A DNA stretch of 62,976 bases, the filler included, from Octopus bimaculoides (taxonomy: Eukaryota), in the NCBI RefSeq assembly GCF_001194135.2. It is 4 parts of 4 records of this genome, joined end to end, with 100 filler letters (N's around TTAATTAATTAA, not from the genome) between each part and the next. Parts side by side here need not be neighbours in the genome. Positions count along the whole stretch, not along the records: positions 17,982 to 36,889 come from NC_068982.1; positions 36,990 to 56,502 come from NC_068990.1; 2 more parts are not named here. One strand, written 5' to 3'. Numbering within the stretch: the stretch's first letter is position 1; each line of letters begins with the position of its first letter. The notes under the pieces are model-generated. The model saw nothing but the letters and a program-made list of their open reading frames with translations. It searched no databases and was not told the origin of the DNA. Positions 26,346-39,097 of this stretch are shown one piece after another. A program made the position numbers and the translations under genes.

Positions 26346-27184
26346 AAATGTACATATATTTATAACAATATATATGTATATATACATGCATATATGTATG
26401 TCCGTATCAATATGTACACACACACGCGCACATATTTATACATATACGTATGCGTGTCTATATCTGTGGATGTGGGCGAGCGGTTATGTGCATGTATACA
26501 TAAAGCAATTCTTGAAAAGTTTGAACCGGAGATTTTGGACTTAATTTTTTTTTCGTTTCATAAACAAATACATTTCGAACAACTTGGAGAAACCCAAGAA
26601 TGCGGAAAGCGAAAACAGAACATCATATTACACAACTCATGTTTCCAGAATATCTTTACTGTCGTCAAATTAAACTTACCTATCATTAGTCAACGTAACG
26701 AACTAAAAGATATAATTACTGTCTGCACATTGATTCAAAGTAAAACGCAACACTAAAATTTAAAGCAATTATTGACAAAAGCAAAGTTTGACCTAAAGAA
26801 CAATGATAAAACTGTCATAGTATCAAAATACAATGACAATCGATGCGACAGACGATGTTTATACATACCGATCAATATATCAATAAAAAGAAACTGGAAG
26901 AATATTTACAAATGCACTTATGAACTGTAAAATAGAGACCTAATCTACTGCATCAAATGCTCGAATTGTGAAGAGATCTATATTGACCAGTCAGGAAACG
27001 TATTATCGGAACGCTCACAAGTGCACCAATAGCCGATAAGAGACCTTGATATTCATCAGATACCACTAAGCAAACATTTCGAAACGTATTGTAAGAAAAT
27101 GTTTATAATATTTCCATTCTATAAACTTGTACAACTCAAGTGAAGTTGACAGAAGAGTAAAAGGATTTTATTGAGAAATTCAAC
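25100..27184 (+). mobile_element. Degenerate Penelope-like retroelement (RT + GIY-YIG), interrupted by a host-derived insert
   Basis: Frameshifted remnants: YDLPKIHK, RPLIAGPACPTYRLSNF, (F)DVVS...NIPHDLGIKAIKY, NIFTVVKLNLPII, KQLLTKAKF, LIYCIKCSNCEEIYIDQSG...ERSQVH (GIY-YIG), PFYKL...FIEKF. Many stops. Confidence 0.88.
26056..26564. repeat. Near-identical copy of 23214-23720 inserted in the Penelope ORF
   Basis: Direct sequence match from gtatgttccttatc to cgtttcataaa. Differs by a c/g substitution (gtagtctact vs gtagtgtact), tcca/tcta, and T-run and TCTA-run lengths. Confidence 0.95.
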
Positions 27185-27238
<54 letters not shown>

Positions 27239-27371
27239 TAATAATAGGCTGCCGACAAATTTTTCTGCTTTTAAAAAGAAAAAAAGGATTCTATCCTTAT
27301 ATCTATACTGTTCCGTATCTATGCGTTGAATAAAAGTTATCTTTCTACTTGTTCTACAATAATAATAACAA

Positions 27372-27956
27372 TAACAAGCTACGTGGAAATCCGCAGAACA
27401 TGGCAGTTTGCTTCTTATGAAAGTGGCTTTCGCGCATTTCTCCAGTCCAAACTACATCCTCATATCATCACTGAACTTTTTAACCGTAGCAAGTACTTCT
27501 TTATTTTCCAGGAGTGTTTCTTGTTCTTTAATCTGCATCTTCATTATGTTGTTTTTTTAATTTCCCATATCGTACTCCAGAAATTTTCCATATCCTCTTT
27601 CTTCGGCGGCTACTCAACATTTATTTGTTGTTTACCGAGTTCCCCGTAAAATTTCTTCCCATCTTCTTTAAATAATTTGTTTTGTCTAAATTGTTTGCTT
27701 CTCTTTATATATCGTGACAGTTGCTGTGCATTTGCATTAGGTATTTCATTTTCTTGTTTGATTCCATGCTTTTTGCATATTTTCTTGGCTTTTCTTTGGC
27801 TGACCTAGTTTCCGTTAATTATTTCGGTCAGTATTGATAGGTCGCCTCTCATGCATTGTATATCCTTTCTAAGTTTTCTTTCCATTTTTGTTGTCCTTTT
27901 TTCTGTTGAGCAGTTTTCTTTTTTAGTTTTATGCCTTTTGATTCAGTAATGGCTGC
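27372..27956 (-). mobile_element. Inverted, internally deleted N-terminal/RT-flank fragment of an R4/Dong-like LINE
   Basis: Minus-strand remnants AAITESKGIK..KWKENLE, RYIKRSKQFRQNKLFKEDGKKFYGEL, PPKKEDMENFWSTIW, then TVKKFSDDMRM*FGLEKCAKATF. Confidence 0.8.
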
Positions 27957-28432
27957 ACCTGAAACTGTGACCGGAAAAGATGATGTAACAGTACACTGGG
28001 ACATGCCAATCAACACCGATAAAGAAATCAAGGCAAACAGGCCGGGTATAATCATCAAAGATGGGAAGATTAAGAAATGCTTAATGATAGATGTGACAGT
28101 ACCATCAGAGAGAAATGTGTCCATTAAAGAAGTTGAGAAGTTATTTAAGTACAAAGACCAAGAAATAGAAGTGACCAAGATGTGGGGAATGAAAAGCAGC
28201 ACAGCACCAGTGGTGATTGGAGCGTTAGGGCTAATTAAAAAGGGCCTAGATAAGCAGCTCGACAAACTCGCTTGCAGTGTAAACGTGGGAGAACTTCAGA
28301 AAATGGTATTGCTAGGTTCCGCACACATTTTACGCCATGCACTCTCTATGAGATGAGGACCTGCTGTGACCCTAGGGTCAAGGGATGACCCCGGTTCAGC
28401 AGAAGACAACGGACCATATTTTATCTTAAAAT
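27955..28432 (+). mobile_element. R4/Dong-like LINE 3' end (RLE domain, 3' UTR, TAA tail)
   Basis: ORF 27931-28356 reads WDMPINTDKEIKANRPGIIIKD..CLMIDVTVPSERNVSIKEVEKLFKYKD.EIEV..MW..PVVIGALG..LLGSAHILR, a PD-(D/E)xK RLE signature. Confidence 0.9.
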
Positions 28433-28433
28433 G

Positions 28434-28470
<37 letters not shown>

Positions 28471-28489
28471 CAACAACAACTAGAAAGTA

Positions 28490-28605
28490 AGAAATATAAG
28501 AATGAACATGATCCTAGTAAAGTACTAGAAAATAATAAATATAAGATGTTGTGGGACCTCAACATTCAGACTGAGAGAGTAATAGAAGCTAGAAGGCCTT
28601 ATTTG

Positions 28606-28660
<55 letters not shown>

Positions 28661-29005
28661 GAGTAGTAGTAGTTAAAGAGAATGGAAAATGTCAGATAAT
28701 TGACTTTACAGTCCCAAATGATGAAATTAATATGAGAAGTATAGAAAAATAGTAAAGTACCAGGACCTAACTATTGAATTACAGAGTCTAAGGAAAGTGC
28801 GGATAAAATGTATCCCAGTAGTTATAGGTGCATTGGGAACTATCCTTAAATATCTGAACAGACATAAAACCCAGTTTAGCACAGCTCAAGAAAACTGTGT
28901 TATTAGGGACAGCTAGGATAGTTAGGAAGTTTCTTGTTATCTAAGGTTACTTGCTGTAGCCCGATGTTAGGATTTTTTCTTTCCCAACAGTCTAATCGGT
29001 TGAGT
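28490..29005 (+). mobile_element. R4/Dong-like LINE 3' end, second family, with internal (GTA)n expansion
   Basis: KVLENNKYKMLWDLNIQTERVIEARRPYLVV[V]nKE..CQIIDFTVPND..KYQDL.IEL..PVVIGALGT..KTVLLGTARIVRK. Confidence 0.85.
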
Positions 29006-29039
29006 GTATATGATAATGATAATGATAATAAGAATAATC

Positions 29040-29248
29040 CTTACTACTAAAGGCACAAGGCCTGAAATTTGGAGGAGGGGACTAGTCGATTATATCGACC
29101 CCGTGTTTCATTGGTACTTAATTTATCAATCCCGAAAGGATACAAGGCAAAGTCGACCTCGGCGGAATTTGAACTCAGAATGTAAAGACAGATGAAATAC
29201 CACAAAGCTTCTTACACTGCGTGCTAACGATTGTGTCAGGTGACCGCC
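29040..29248 (-). mobile_element. Family A SINE inside a TAA array
   Basis: Reverse complement of the head-core-tail. Confidence 0.85.
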
Positions 29249-29294
<46 letters not shown>

Positions 29295-29334
29295 TAATAA
29301 TAATAATAATGATGATGATGATGATGATTATGAT

Positions 29335-29760
29335 AATAACGGACAAGAAATTGGAAAATAATAGACCGGACATAACAATTATAGATAAGGTAAAGCGAAC
29401 TTGCTTACTAATGGACCTATTATGAATCGTAAAGAAAGAGGATGGACAACAAAAATAATATAATCCCTTAAAGTTTGAAATAGGAATAATTTGGAGTATG
29501 GAAACTGTAAAGGTCGTGCCTATAATAATTGGCGCGTTGGGAACAGTAAGCAAAGATATACACAAATGGCTGCATGAAATTGGAATAAAATGCCCGGTAG
29601 AGCTCCCACAGAAAGTTTGTCTCTTATGGATAGCAAATATTATCGTGAAAGACTACTGAAAACTTGTGGATACCTTAAGGTTACTGGCAGTAACCCGCTA
29701 GCCACATAAATCCTATCAAGAATAAGACCGAAATCGAAGTCAAACCATTCTGCTACACTA
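29335..29760 (+). mobile_element. R4/Dong-like LINE 3' end, third family
   Basis: TDKKLENNRPDITIIDKVKRTCLLMD..VVPIIIGALGTVSK..QKVCLL, flanked by TAA/CAA runs. Confidence 0.8.
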
Positions 29761-29837
29761 ACAACAACAACAACAACAACAACAACAACTACTACTACTA
29801 CTACTAATAATAATAATAATAAATAATAATGATAATA

Positions 29838-30273
29838 ATCCTTTATACTAAAGGTACAAGGCCTGGAATTTGGTGGGGAGAGGACTAGTCGATCATATCG
29901 ACCTCAGTGTTTCACTGTTACTTAATTTATCGACCCCGAAAGGATAGAAAGCGAAGTCGACCTCGGCATAATTTGAACTCAGAATGTGAAGACGGGCGAA
30001 ATATCGCAAAGCTTTTATCCCACCGTGCTAACGGTTCTGCCACCTTGCCGCCTTAATAATAATCCTATCTTCTATAGATACAAGGCCTGAAACTTTGGGG
30101 GAGGGGTAAGTCGATTACATCGACCCCAGTGCTCAAATGATTCTTATTTTACCGACTCCGAAAGGATGAAAGCCAAAGTCGACCTCGGCAGAATTTGAAC
30201 TCAGAACATAGCTGCAGACGAAATACGGCCTAACATTTTGATGGTGTGTTAACGATTCTGGCAACTCACAGCC

Positions 30274-30363
<90 letters not shown>

Positions 30364-30412
30364 GTCCGCTGTACTATAGGCAGAAGGCCTGAAATTTTGG
30401 GGAGGGGGATAG
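29838..30412 (-). mobile_element. Tandem family A SINEs (29838-30054, 30063-30275, and a 3' piece at 30365-30412) separated by TAA runs
   Basis: Repeated aggcctgaaattt..gtcgat..accccgaaaggat..gtcgacctcggc..aatttgaactcagaa. Confidence 0.85.
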
Positions 30413-30539
30413 TCACTATGAGTGAGACATAACACTTGTAATTCCTACGTCAAAAAGAATATTTTCCTAAAGATGTCAAAGCTTGCACGACTTGATAGAA
30501 AATGTTCGATAACAATTTTGTATTTGGATTACTTTATAG

Positions 30540-30583
30540 CAGATTTCGATTTGATTTCATATGCTGAATCTCTTGGTACTCCG
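30540..30583 (+). CDS. Candidate 44-nt exon (DFDLISYAESLGTP)
   Basis: actttatAG (NAGNAG) acceptor, CCG|GTTAGT donor, open frame, phase 1-0. Confidence 0.27.
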
Positions 30584-33419
30584 GTTAGTCGAATGTAGTT
30601 TGTGAGCCTAAGAAGTTTCCAATTTGTAAATTGAAATATAAAAAAACTGTAAATTAAGTGAACTGATTAACTGTGACACGAAAATACCAGAAAAATACTA
30701 AAAGCATTCCAGAACATTTATTTTAGAACATACATAAATAGCTTGTATCTACATTGAGCACATAAAGTACAAGATATGATTGAAATAGAAGACTATTACA
30801 AAGTAATACTAGTACTGAAACACAGAAAATCCTTAGAAGCAAGCAATGGAAATCGATCAGCGTATTAATAATGCAGGAATAAGTATAAGAATGAAATAAC
30901 AAAACTTTTCTCTATATTAAAGTAGCAACAAGAACCTAACTACACCGATGAAACAGCATAAAAGATACAGTACTGATAAGTATATGAAATATTGCAGCAC
31001 ACCGTACAGTACCGTCATAAACTTTAAAAATACCACTTGGAAGATTTACAAATATTTTTCATTTAACTGCTATAAATATCAGCTCACAGCGCATTGTTTC
31101 CTCTCTTTATCTTTGCAGCTTTTCAAATAATGTAGGATAGTAGCATAAAGTCCTTCAAAATACCAGACAATGTGCTCATGAGATACACTCATTAAAGAGA
31201 GCCCCTTCCTGGACGGTGCCCAGTCCGTTGCAGATTTAACTTCACGAGATGCCTGTCATTTTCAGCAGCGTGCACTGGAGTATCGTAAAATGAGGTGTAT
31301 TTCTTAAGGACTCCATGTGCTCCCGGACCGCGAATCGGTACCACAATCATGAAGCCACACGTCTTCGCAATAACAATATTTCAAACACAAACGAAAACTT
31401 ATGGCACAGAGCATAATCATTTATAGATAAACGACGAACTAAAGAAAAAAACAACAACATAAATATATGACTCAGCACGAACAGACTATGATATGGGAAA
31501 CATCATACAATGTTCTTTGATTTACTCGGCAATGGACTGAAAACTTGACACCATTTTTCAGTTATGAAAATGGTGCTTAAAAAAGTGGAGAGACAAAATA
31601 AATCTAAACCTGTGAATATACCGAAATAAGTTCGTTATAAATGTACTGAAATGAACAGTAAATAAATGAAAGAATAATGTAAAAGTGGTTAAATAAACAT
31701 GATAGTGATGTGGGAAATGAACGAAGTGATAAAGTAAAAACTGTAGTCAAGGATTAATCAATGACCTAGTTATTTGCGAGGAACAACAGAAACAATTTGC
31801 CTGGTACGTGTCACGTACTAGGAAACGTGAACTTGTTTTTAGTTCAGAATTTGAAATTGATGGTTATAAGCAAAAGTAACTTGATACATTTGAGACGAAG
31901 CTATGTATTTTTCACTTGTGGGTTAATGTAGCATATATTGATGAGCTAAGTTTCAGAATACTAAATTTCAGGATTTGTTTAAAGTACTTTTGTCACTTAT
32001 TTACATATTTGAACATTTAGGAATCAAATAAAACTTAATATCAAGTAGGCTTACATTTGATACACACTTTCAGTTACATAAGCGAATGCTCAAAATGAAC
32101 TTAAGTATCTCCCTGCCAGTATTTAACGATTTTACTGCTTTCTGTCGTTATATCACACCCATTACCTCGTCTGGAACGTATATTATTTATTATTGAGTTC
32201 ATATGATGGCAAAACATAGTCGAGATATGCGTATATGGGTACAGGCCATAGACAAAATCAAATGATTAAAGGAAATTTAGTTCGATACACCTATTCTGTC
32301 AGATCACTCCGATATACACGCGCACACACAATACATATATCTGACGGGTTTTTGTACAGTTAGTCTACACGTTTTTATTTACAAGGCCTCAGCCAATTTA
32401 ATGCTATTAGCCAGTAATATTTTAAAGGAATTGCGCTGTTGCTGCTGTTGGTGAGTACACCAAAGTTAGCCTTCATAGAGCAGACCTCTGCTTTAAAATA
32501 ATCCAGCTATTACTAGCCTACTTTTTTTTCAGGAGCATATTATTCAATGTGTAATGTTTTTGGAAGACGTCTAAGTATCGTTTGGAGATTTGGCCATATT
32601 TTCTAGAGAGAAAAGTGAATATTTTGAAACTCACGTGTGTTGGCTCGTAAAGATCTACGTTGTATGTAAACATACTTATATTCTTCTTGCATAATTCTTT
32701 TTGATTCAGAATAGCCTGCAGTTCAACGAATATCTTGCATACTGAAGCAATGTAGGCGGCAAGCTTAAAAATCTAAATGACTTGTGAAAGGCAATTATTT
32801 CAAAGTGTTTCTTACATCGCTTTGTAATAAATAAATATTTGACGCTTCAGTTCTTTTTTGCAATAATGGGGTCGACAGTCAACCACGCGAACTCAGTTGA
32901 GAAAATGGTGCAAACAAATTGTTGGCGAATGTTTACATATTTAATACAAGGAGCATTAGTTATGACAACCAAACTTATTTCTTTAAGTATAAGTTTGAAA
33001 GCAGACTCAACAGGAATGAGTTACAATTAGGTGAAATAATAGCCAAGCGGTTTAAATGCACAAGTCTCCGATATCAAAGTAGCTAAAAAAGAGTTAACAA
33101 AAGGATGCCCAAGAGTCATGACTTGGATGCGGTGCGTCCCCTTATTGTGCATGAAGTTAAAGGCCGAAACACTTGTATGAGGTGGGTGTCTTCTCTGAAG
33201 AACTGTTATCCAGTCATCTTGAATGTTTCTTACCACTGATGCATATCTAGACCATTGGCTTCTAGGAACAAGACGGATGACCTGCGGGAAAGATCGAGCG
33301 ACTTTGAAAGGCGTGATACACAGGATGTGAGGATTAGCTCGTCGCTTTGTCATTATTCTTAAAATGCTACGAATTCAGCAATGGAAGATGCTCCCGAGGT
33401 TTAACGAAAGAGGGAGAGA

Positions 33420-34045
33420 ATGATGAATCCACTGGTAAAAAATTTCGCTATGATCCACATCAGACTACAAGCATAGGACAAATGGAATTTCCATGTACCT
33501 GTGGCAGAGTTTTCTCCACTCTACGTGACATGAAGATCTAAAAGTCGAAAAAGTAATGTGTAAGTACTCTGTTAAAAGAACAGCAGCGTATTGCTCCAGC
33601 ATGTAAGACGTTGGAACCAAGAGCAGAAGTCAAACTACAGTCCCAAAGACATCCATGTTGATCATTCAGACGAAAGATTTATACAGACTGTTGATATCAG
33701 ACGCTGTAAAGTCAACTTGCTGCTTGTAAGTACAAAAGAAGAATGGGAGACACTGGACCTGAAAACAGTCCAGAAACTGAATGTGCTCATAGAGAAGAGC
33801 ACTCTGGAACACAAGCTAGCCACATGCGGAGTCATTGTTTATACGATCTGCAGAGACACTTATAGAGTAAGAGGGTCAAAAGCAAAATCATTTATCCAGA
33901 AATCAAACGCCAGTAGTAGCTGGATAACATCCGGAGGAAGAGAAGGGATCTAAAGAAACAGATGAAAGTTGCCTCAAAATGTGAAAATCACGGAGTAGAA
34001 AAACTCTAGAGAGACCTCGAAGCGAGACTTAAGCCCTCAGCAAAG
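33420..34045 (+). mobile_element. Degenerate N-terminal part of a HERO/NeSL-type RLE LINE
   Basis: EFPCTCGRVFSTLRDMKI*K..C (decayed CxCG...LKIH...C finger), EEWETLD...EHKLATCGVIVYTICRDTY, RRKRRDLKKQMKVA..E..GVEKL*RDL. Clade call is from motif recall. Confidence 0.5.
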
Positions 34046-35212
34046 CAAAAGCAGCAAGGTCTCCCAGGAGTCATGGCCTGGATGCTCTTTGGCTCCCACA
34101 AAGTGTAAGAAGTTAAAGGCTGAAACTCTTGCTTAAGGTGCATCAGCGTAGAGGGGGTGGCACCACTTTTTGGTCTGTTGTAGGCAATATGCATGTTTGT
34201 GGGGGTCCAGGGGCGGTAAACAGGAGGGCCCGGGCGGCACGTACTCTAGCTGTGCTAGTGCTAAGGAGGGCTTCTTCTCTGAATACCTTCTGTTGTTCTG
34301 CTCTCTAAAGAGTTTCTTACCACTATTTTAACTGGATATACTAAAGAGATTGTGCATGCAAAAAATCATTGCTCACAAGCCAACAATGGAATCTCTATGT
34401 GTTTGTTTCTTCTGCTAACATAGCAGCTATATTTCTCACAAATTACGCAGTAGTATCTTAAATAAAGGGAATGATATTTTAGATAGTCTATTCATTGATA
34501 GATAATCCTACTATTGCACCGCAAAATTATCTGTCTGGGAAGTGGTAGGAGGACTCAAAAGAATCAATTTATGCTTTTAAATGTAAATGTCAAACAATTT
34601 TGGCAAAGAACCTGAACGCAAAAGAGTAAGTTTTCAAAATGTTGGCTATGATTGAGAAAGTCTGAAGGAGAGAAAGAATGAAAGAGTGAGAATTTATCTT
34701 GAAAAAGTTGAAGAAAAATATTTTCAGACAGATTGGTTGAAATGTTATATGAGTAAAGGTGGGTCAAAACGAGAATAATACATATATACTGAGAGAATAG
34801 CTTGAATGACAAAAAATGGAGAATTATTAAGGTATTAAGGATATATTTGGAAGGATAGTCAACTAGTTCATAATAAAACGAGAAAGCTCAATCTCAAAGT
34901 ACGAGCACATCTCAAATAGTGGTGTACAAAAATTAGACGTAAGTGTTTAGCTCAAAATAGAAAATAAATAGAACTCACTTGTGCAAATAATTATGGATTA
35001 TTTAAATGGAAATGCCCACACTGAATAAATGGAGAAAAGATTGTGTATACGTTTTCTAATAAAATAAATATCATCATTGTTCAATATATTTTCGGTGGAA
35101 GAAGATGGAAATAAAACAAACTGATATATCATAGTATTCACAAAAGAGATATTAATGTAACTGCTGAAGTTTGCAGATACAGAAAGGGAGGTGGCTACAA
35201 TTTATGAGTAGT

Positions 35213-35430
35213 TTAACTCTTTTGATACCAACCCGGCTGAAACCGCCACTGGTTCTGTAGTACAAATGTCTTATTTTCATAAGTTCTTCCACCAGACCAT
35301 AGTCACAATTTACGTTCCTAACACTAGCTTAATGATAACTAAGTTATTTTACTAAATTCTTTGTTATATTTAAAATTAATTGAAAGAAACACAGAGCATT
35401 TCAACAGAAATATGGTAACAAAAGTGTTAA
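35213..35430. mobile_element. TTAA-flanked (piggyBac-like) MITE; shorter opposite-orientation relative at 59580-59697
   Basis: Ends TTAACTCTTTTGATACC / GGTAACAAAAGTGTTAA. The internal ggttctgtagtacaaatgtctt is reverse-complemented in the 59.6-kb copy. Confidence 0.7.
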
Positions 35431-36742
35431 AATGGAAGAAACAATACTGTATTTCCAGAAGCTAGATGTCAAGATGATCAAGTTTGTCCTAATTATACTA
35501 ATTTGGAATTTTGAGATAAAATTTGGTATTCTAAATATTTACTTATGTATTTTTATTGTGTTGACTTGTTCAGAAAGCAAACAGACACTGCAAAGAAAAG
35601 AGAAAGATACGATAGATTGAACAAAAGATATATAAGTTGTTACTGACGAGTTGAATAGACTTGACTATAGTAACTTGCAGACGGTTTTAAAATTGTTGTC
35701 ACAATCATTATGACAATGTTGTAGATTTATTGTTTAGATGTTTATTTGAAGTTGTTTGCACACAAAATTAAAACTTTACTGAAAGGTAGAAAACACGGAA
35801 ATTTAAATGTATATCTACTGTTACTAAAGATAATCTATTGAATAAACGATTATAACTCTATGTAAAGAATAGGAACGTTAAAAAAAGGAAAACTGATTTT
35901 AGTAATGACAATTAGGAAGAACCAGCCTATTGTGTAGAACTACTGTAAGTGATTTTTATATAACTATTGCCTTTTTCTAAGAGACATCTGGCATGTTAAA
36001 ATCAATTATACTGTGTAAGTCAGTGCTCACAGATCTAATAATGCTGAAAATATTTACTATTTATTATAGTTCCAAAAGAGAAGCATTGTAGATTAGAAGG
36101 TTATATCGCAGGGGATTAATTTGGAGGCCTGTTTTCATTTCCTTTTCGTACAAAATTTCTTTCAACATCTCTAATGTAATGTAGAAAGAGATATAATTTG
36201 CATTTCTCCTCTATGAACTATTTGTGCTCAGAATCCATATAGAATTGGGTACCAGCAAGATGTTCCAATAATTTTCATTGAATGGTAATGGATACAATTT
36301 GGAAACGAGTTAAAAAAAATGAAATATAAATTAAATAGTTTGTAAACTAATCTAGGGTTGAACACGGTCATATTTTCTAAATCAAGGGCCTGCAAGCTAA
36401 AATAGCTTATATGACACAATATAAAAACGAACGTTCGGATATTCATTTTTAGTTTCTGTAGCAAATAAGACATTTAAATTGCAATCTTTTAGTTTTAAGA
36501 AATAAAAACATGTAAAAATGAAACAGCAGTAGTTCGAAAGGAAATAAACCACAAGAAAACTTGCTGTTATCTCTTATCTTTATACTGAATGGATGAGAGT
36601 GTCATAACAATAATGGTAATATGATGGTAATAGAAGAGAAATGTGATTGTGAAGAATAGAACAGAAAAATGGAAAATTACGATATAAACACATTGCCTGC
36701 ACTTAGTTTCGAATAAGTACGCATGAATGTATGCATGCAGAC

Positions 36743-36773
<31 letters not shown>

Positions 36774-36989
36774 TGTATGTATGTTCATATGTACATATTA
36801 ATATATATATATATATATACACGCACAACATAAACATGCATACATTCATATACATACACACATACACACATACACATATAAATACATATNNNNNNNNNNN
36901 NNNNNNNNNNNNNNNNNNNNNNNNNNNNNNNNNTTAATTAATTAANNNNNNNNNNNNNNNNNNNNNNNNNNNNNNNNNNNNNNNNNNNN

Positions 36990-37027
<38 letters not shown>

Positions 37028-37517
37028 GACATGTTTTTCAGTTCCTGTCTACCAAATCCATTCACAAGGTTTTGGTCTGCTCGGGGCTATAGGGGAAGAC
37101 ACTTTCGGAAAGGGATTGCAGTAGGACTGAACCTGAAATTATGTGGCTAGGAAGCATAGGTCTTACCACACAGCCTCGCCTGCGCTTGAAATTCGGTCTG
37201 CAATCACGCTGTCACGGAATACACGTCACAGCGTAACATCTGGGTTAAATGATATTTTGTATTGCCTCGGGTTAACCCATAACTTGTGAGTGTAACTGAG
37301 CAAACAGTAACTCTACAGAAGACCGTGGGCAGATTATATCTGTAATTCACACGGTATAGATTTGTCACACACTGTGTAGAAATCGTTATAGTCAAGAATT
37401 ACGTTGAAGCTTCACGTGTCTGTAGAATGCTTACATGTTCATTGAGAAAAAGTTAATTCAGTTGATCCAACTTCCGACAAACAGGATGAAACATACACAC
37501 ATATACACAGGCACCAC

Positions 37518-37865
37518 AGGCGTGTCTGTGTGGTAACAAGTTTGTTTCGCAACCACATGGTTCCGGGTTCAGTCCCACTGCGTGGCACCTTAGGCAACTG
37601 TCTTCTACTGTAGCCTCGGGCTGACCAAGACCTTGTGAGTGGTTTTGGTAGATGGAAACTGAAAGGAGCCCTTCGTATATATGTTTGTGTGTCTTTGTCC
37701 CGTCCCCACATCGTTTGACAACCGATTTTGGTGGGTTTTTACGTCCCCGTAAACTAGCGGTTCGGCCAAAAATGATGACCGATAAAATAAGTACTAAGTT
37801 TGCAAACAATAAGTCCTGGGGTCGATTTTTTCAACTAAGGGAGGTGCTCCAGCATGGCAACAGTG
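37518..37865 (+). mobile_element. tRNA-derived SINE family B (abundant Octopus-type SINE with an internal microsatellite-prone linker), near full length
   Basis: Head gtgtggtaacaag..ggttccgggttcagtcccactgcgtggcacctt..gcaactgtcttc; 3' half cgtttgacaaccga..gtccccgtaa..ggtgctccagcatgg. Confidence 0.85.
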
Positions 37866-39097
37866 AAGGATATACAGACACTCCAAATATTTTCCATCTG
37901 AGATTCTTATGTAAATAGAAGCACGTACTTAGGTGTATTCATCGACAGTCCAAACAAAACACCAACTCAACTACATATTTACAAACTGCAGGAACTCAAG
38001 ACAAAATGTCTTGTTTTGTTAGCGACCGGCCTGAGCTCTCTCAAGGACTTAAACAAAACTCAAAGAAAAATCATTAATGCATACATACATACATACATGC
38101 ATGCATACATACATAATACATACATACATACATACATACTGATGTGTCGTTGAGGTGTTTTGAGTTTCGTGTAGCAATAGTCGAAGTATGTTGCTTTGCC
38201 TCGGCTTCGTTAGATCATATATCCAAACGCAAGGATATAGAACATACATAGATACATACATACATACATACATACATACATACATACATACATACATACA
38301 TACATACATACATAGGCACTTACATACAAAATATGTCCTGAATATATTTAACAGAAGTTATCCATTCGCTAATTCGAAGTAGAAATTTTTCTTTGTCGCT
38401 ACCTCAAGTTTTAGCACTTTGTAGTTGAATGATTTTACAACAGGCTTATTCTCATGTTTACATTTCACCAGTACATTGTATCATTTCTTCACTATCACAA
38501 ACAATAAATAATTAAAGGAAAAGATTTTTGCTATATTTCTTCATCAAGCAGAAGAGACATCTTTATTTTGTCCGTTGGTGCTTGCAGTTTTGACAATGAA
38601 TCAAAATCAAAACAGCATTATTGATCCATTTGCCTTTATTCTCTGGGCGTAGAAAGATATCAAGATTAGAAAGATATTACAATTTCATTACTTTCCCAGT
38701 TGAGAAGATTGCGTAAGCTAGTTCTACCTATTTTTAAAAGTGATTTTTGTTCAACCATTGTAGCTGAAATATTATAACGCTTCGTTTTAACATTTTAGCT
38801 CCAGTGCTAAAGTCTTAATTGGACATACGCCTTTCAGTGAACATGTATTTGCATCGCAACTATCTATATCAGATCCTGGTTTCGAGTTACTATTATGTAT
38901 TAATTGGTTGTATTTAATACTTTGTGTGTAGTGAGTCGTTGCAGGTGTGTGAATTATCAAATTATGCGTACTAAATTTAATTTTCTAATTTGTGAGGTAT
39001 TTTCAACAGTACCTTGATACTGGAATAACCTGACTTCCAGTTACTCACATACATATACATATGTAAATATATATAAATAAATATATGTGCATATATA

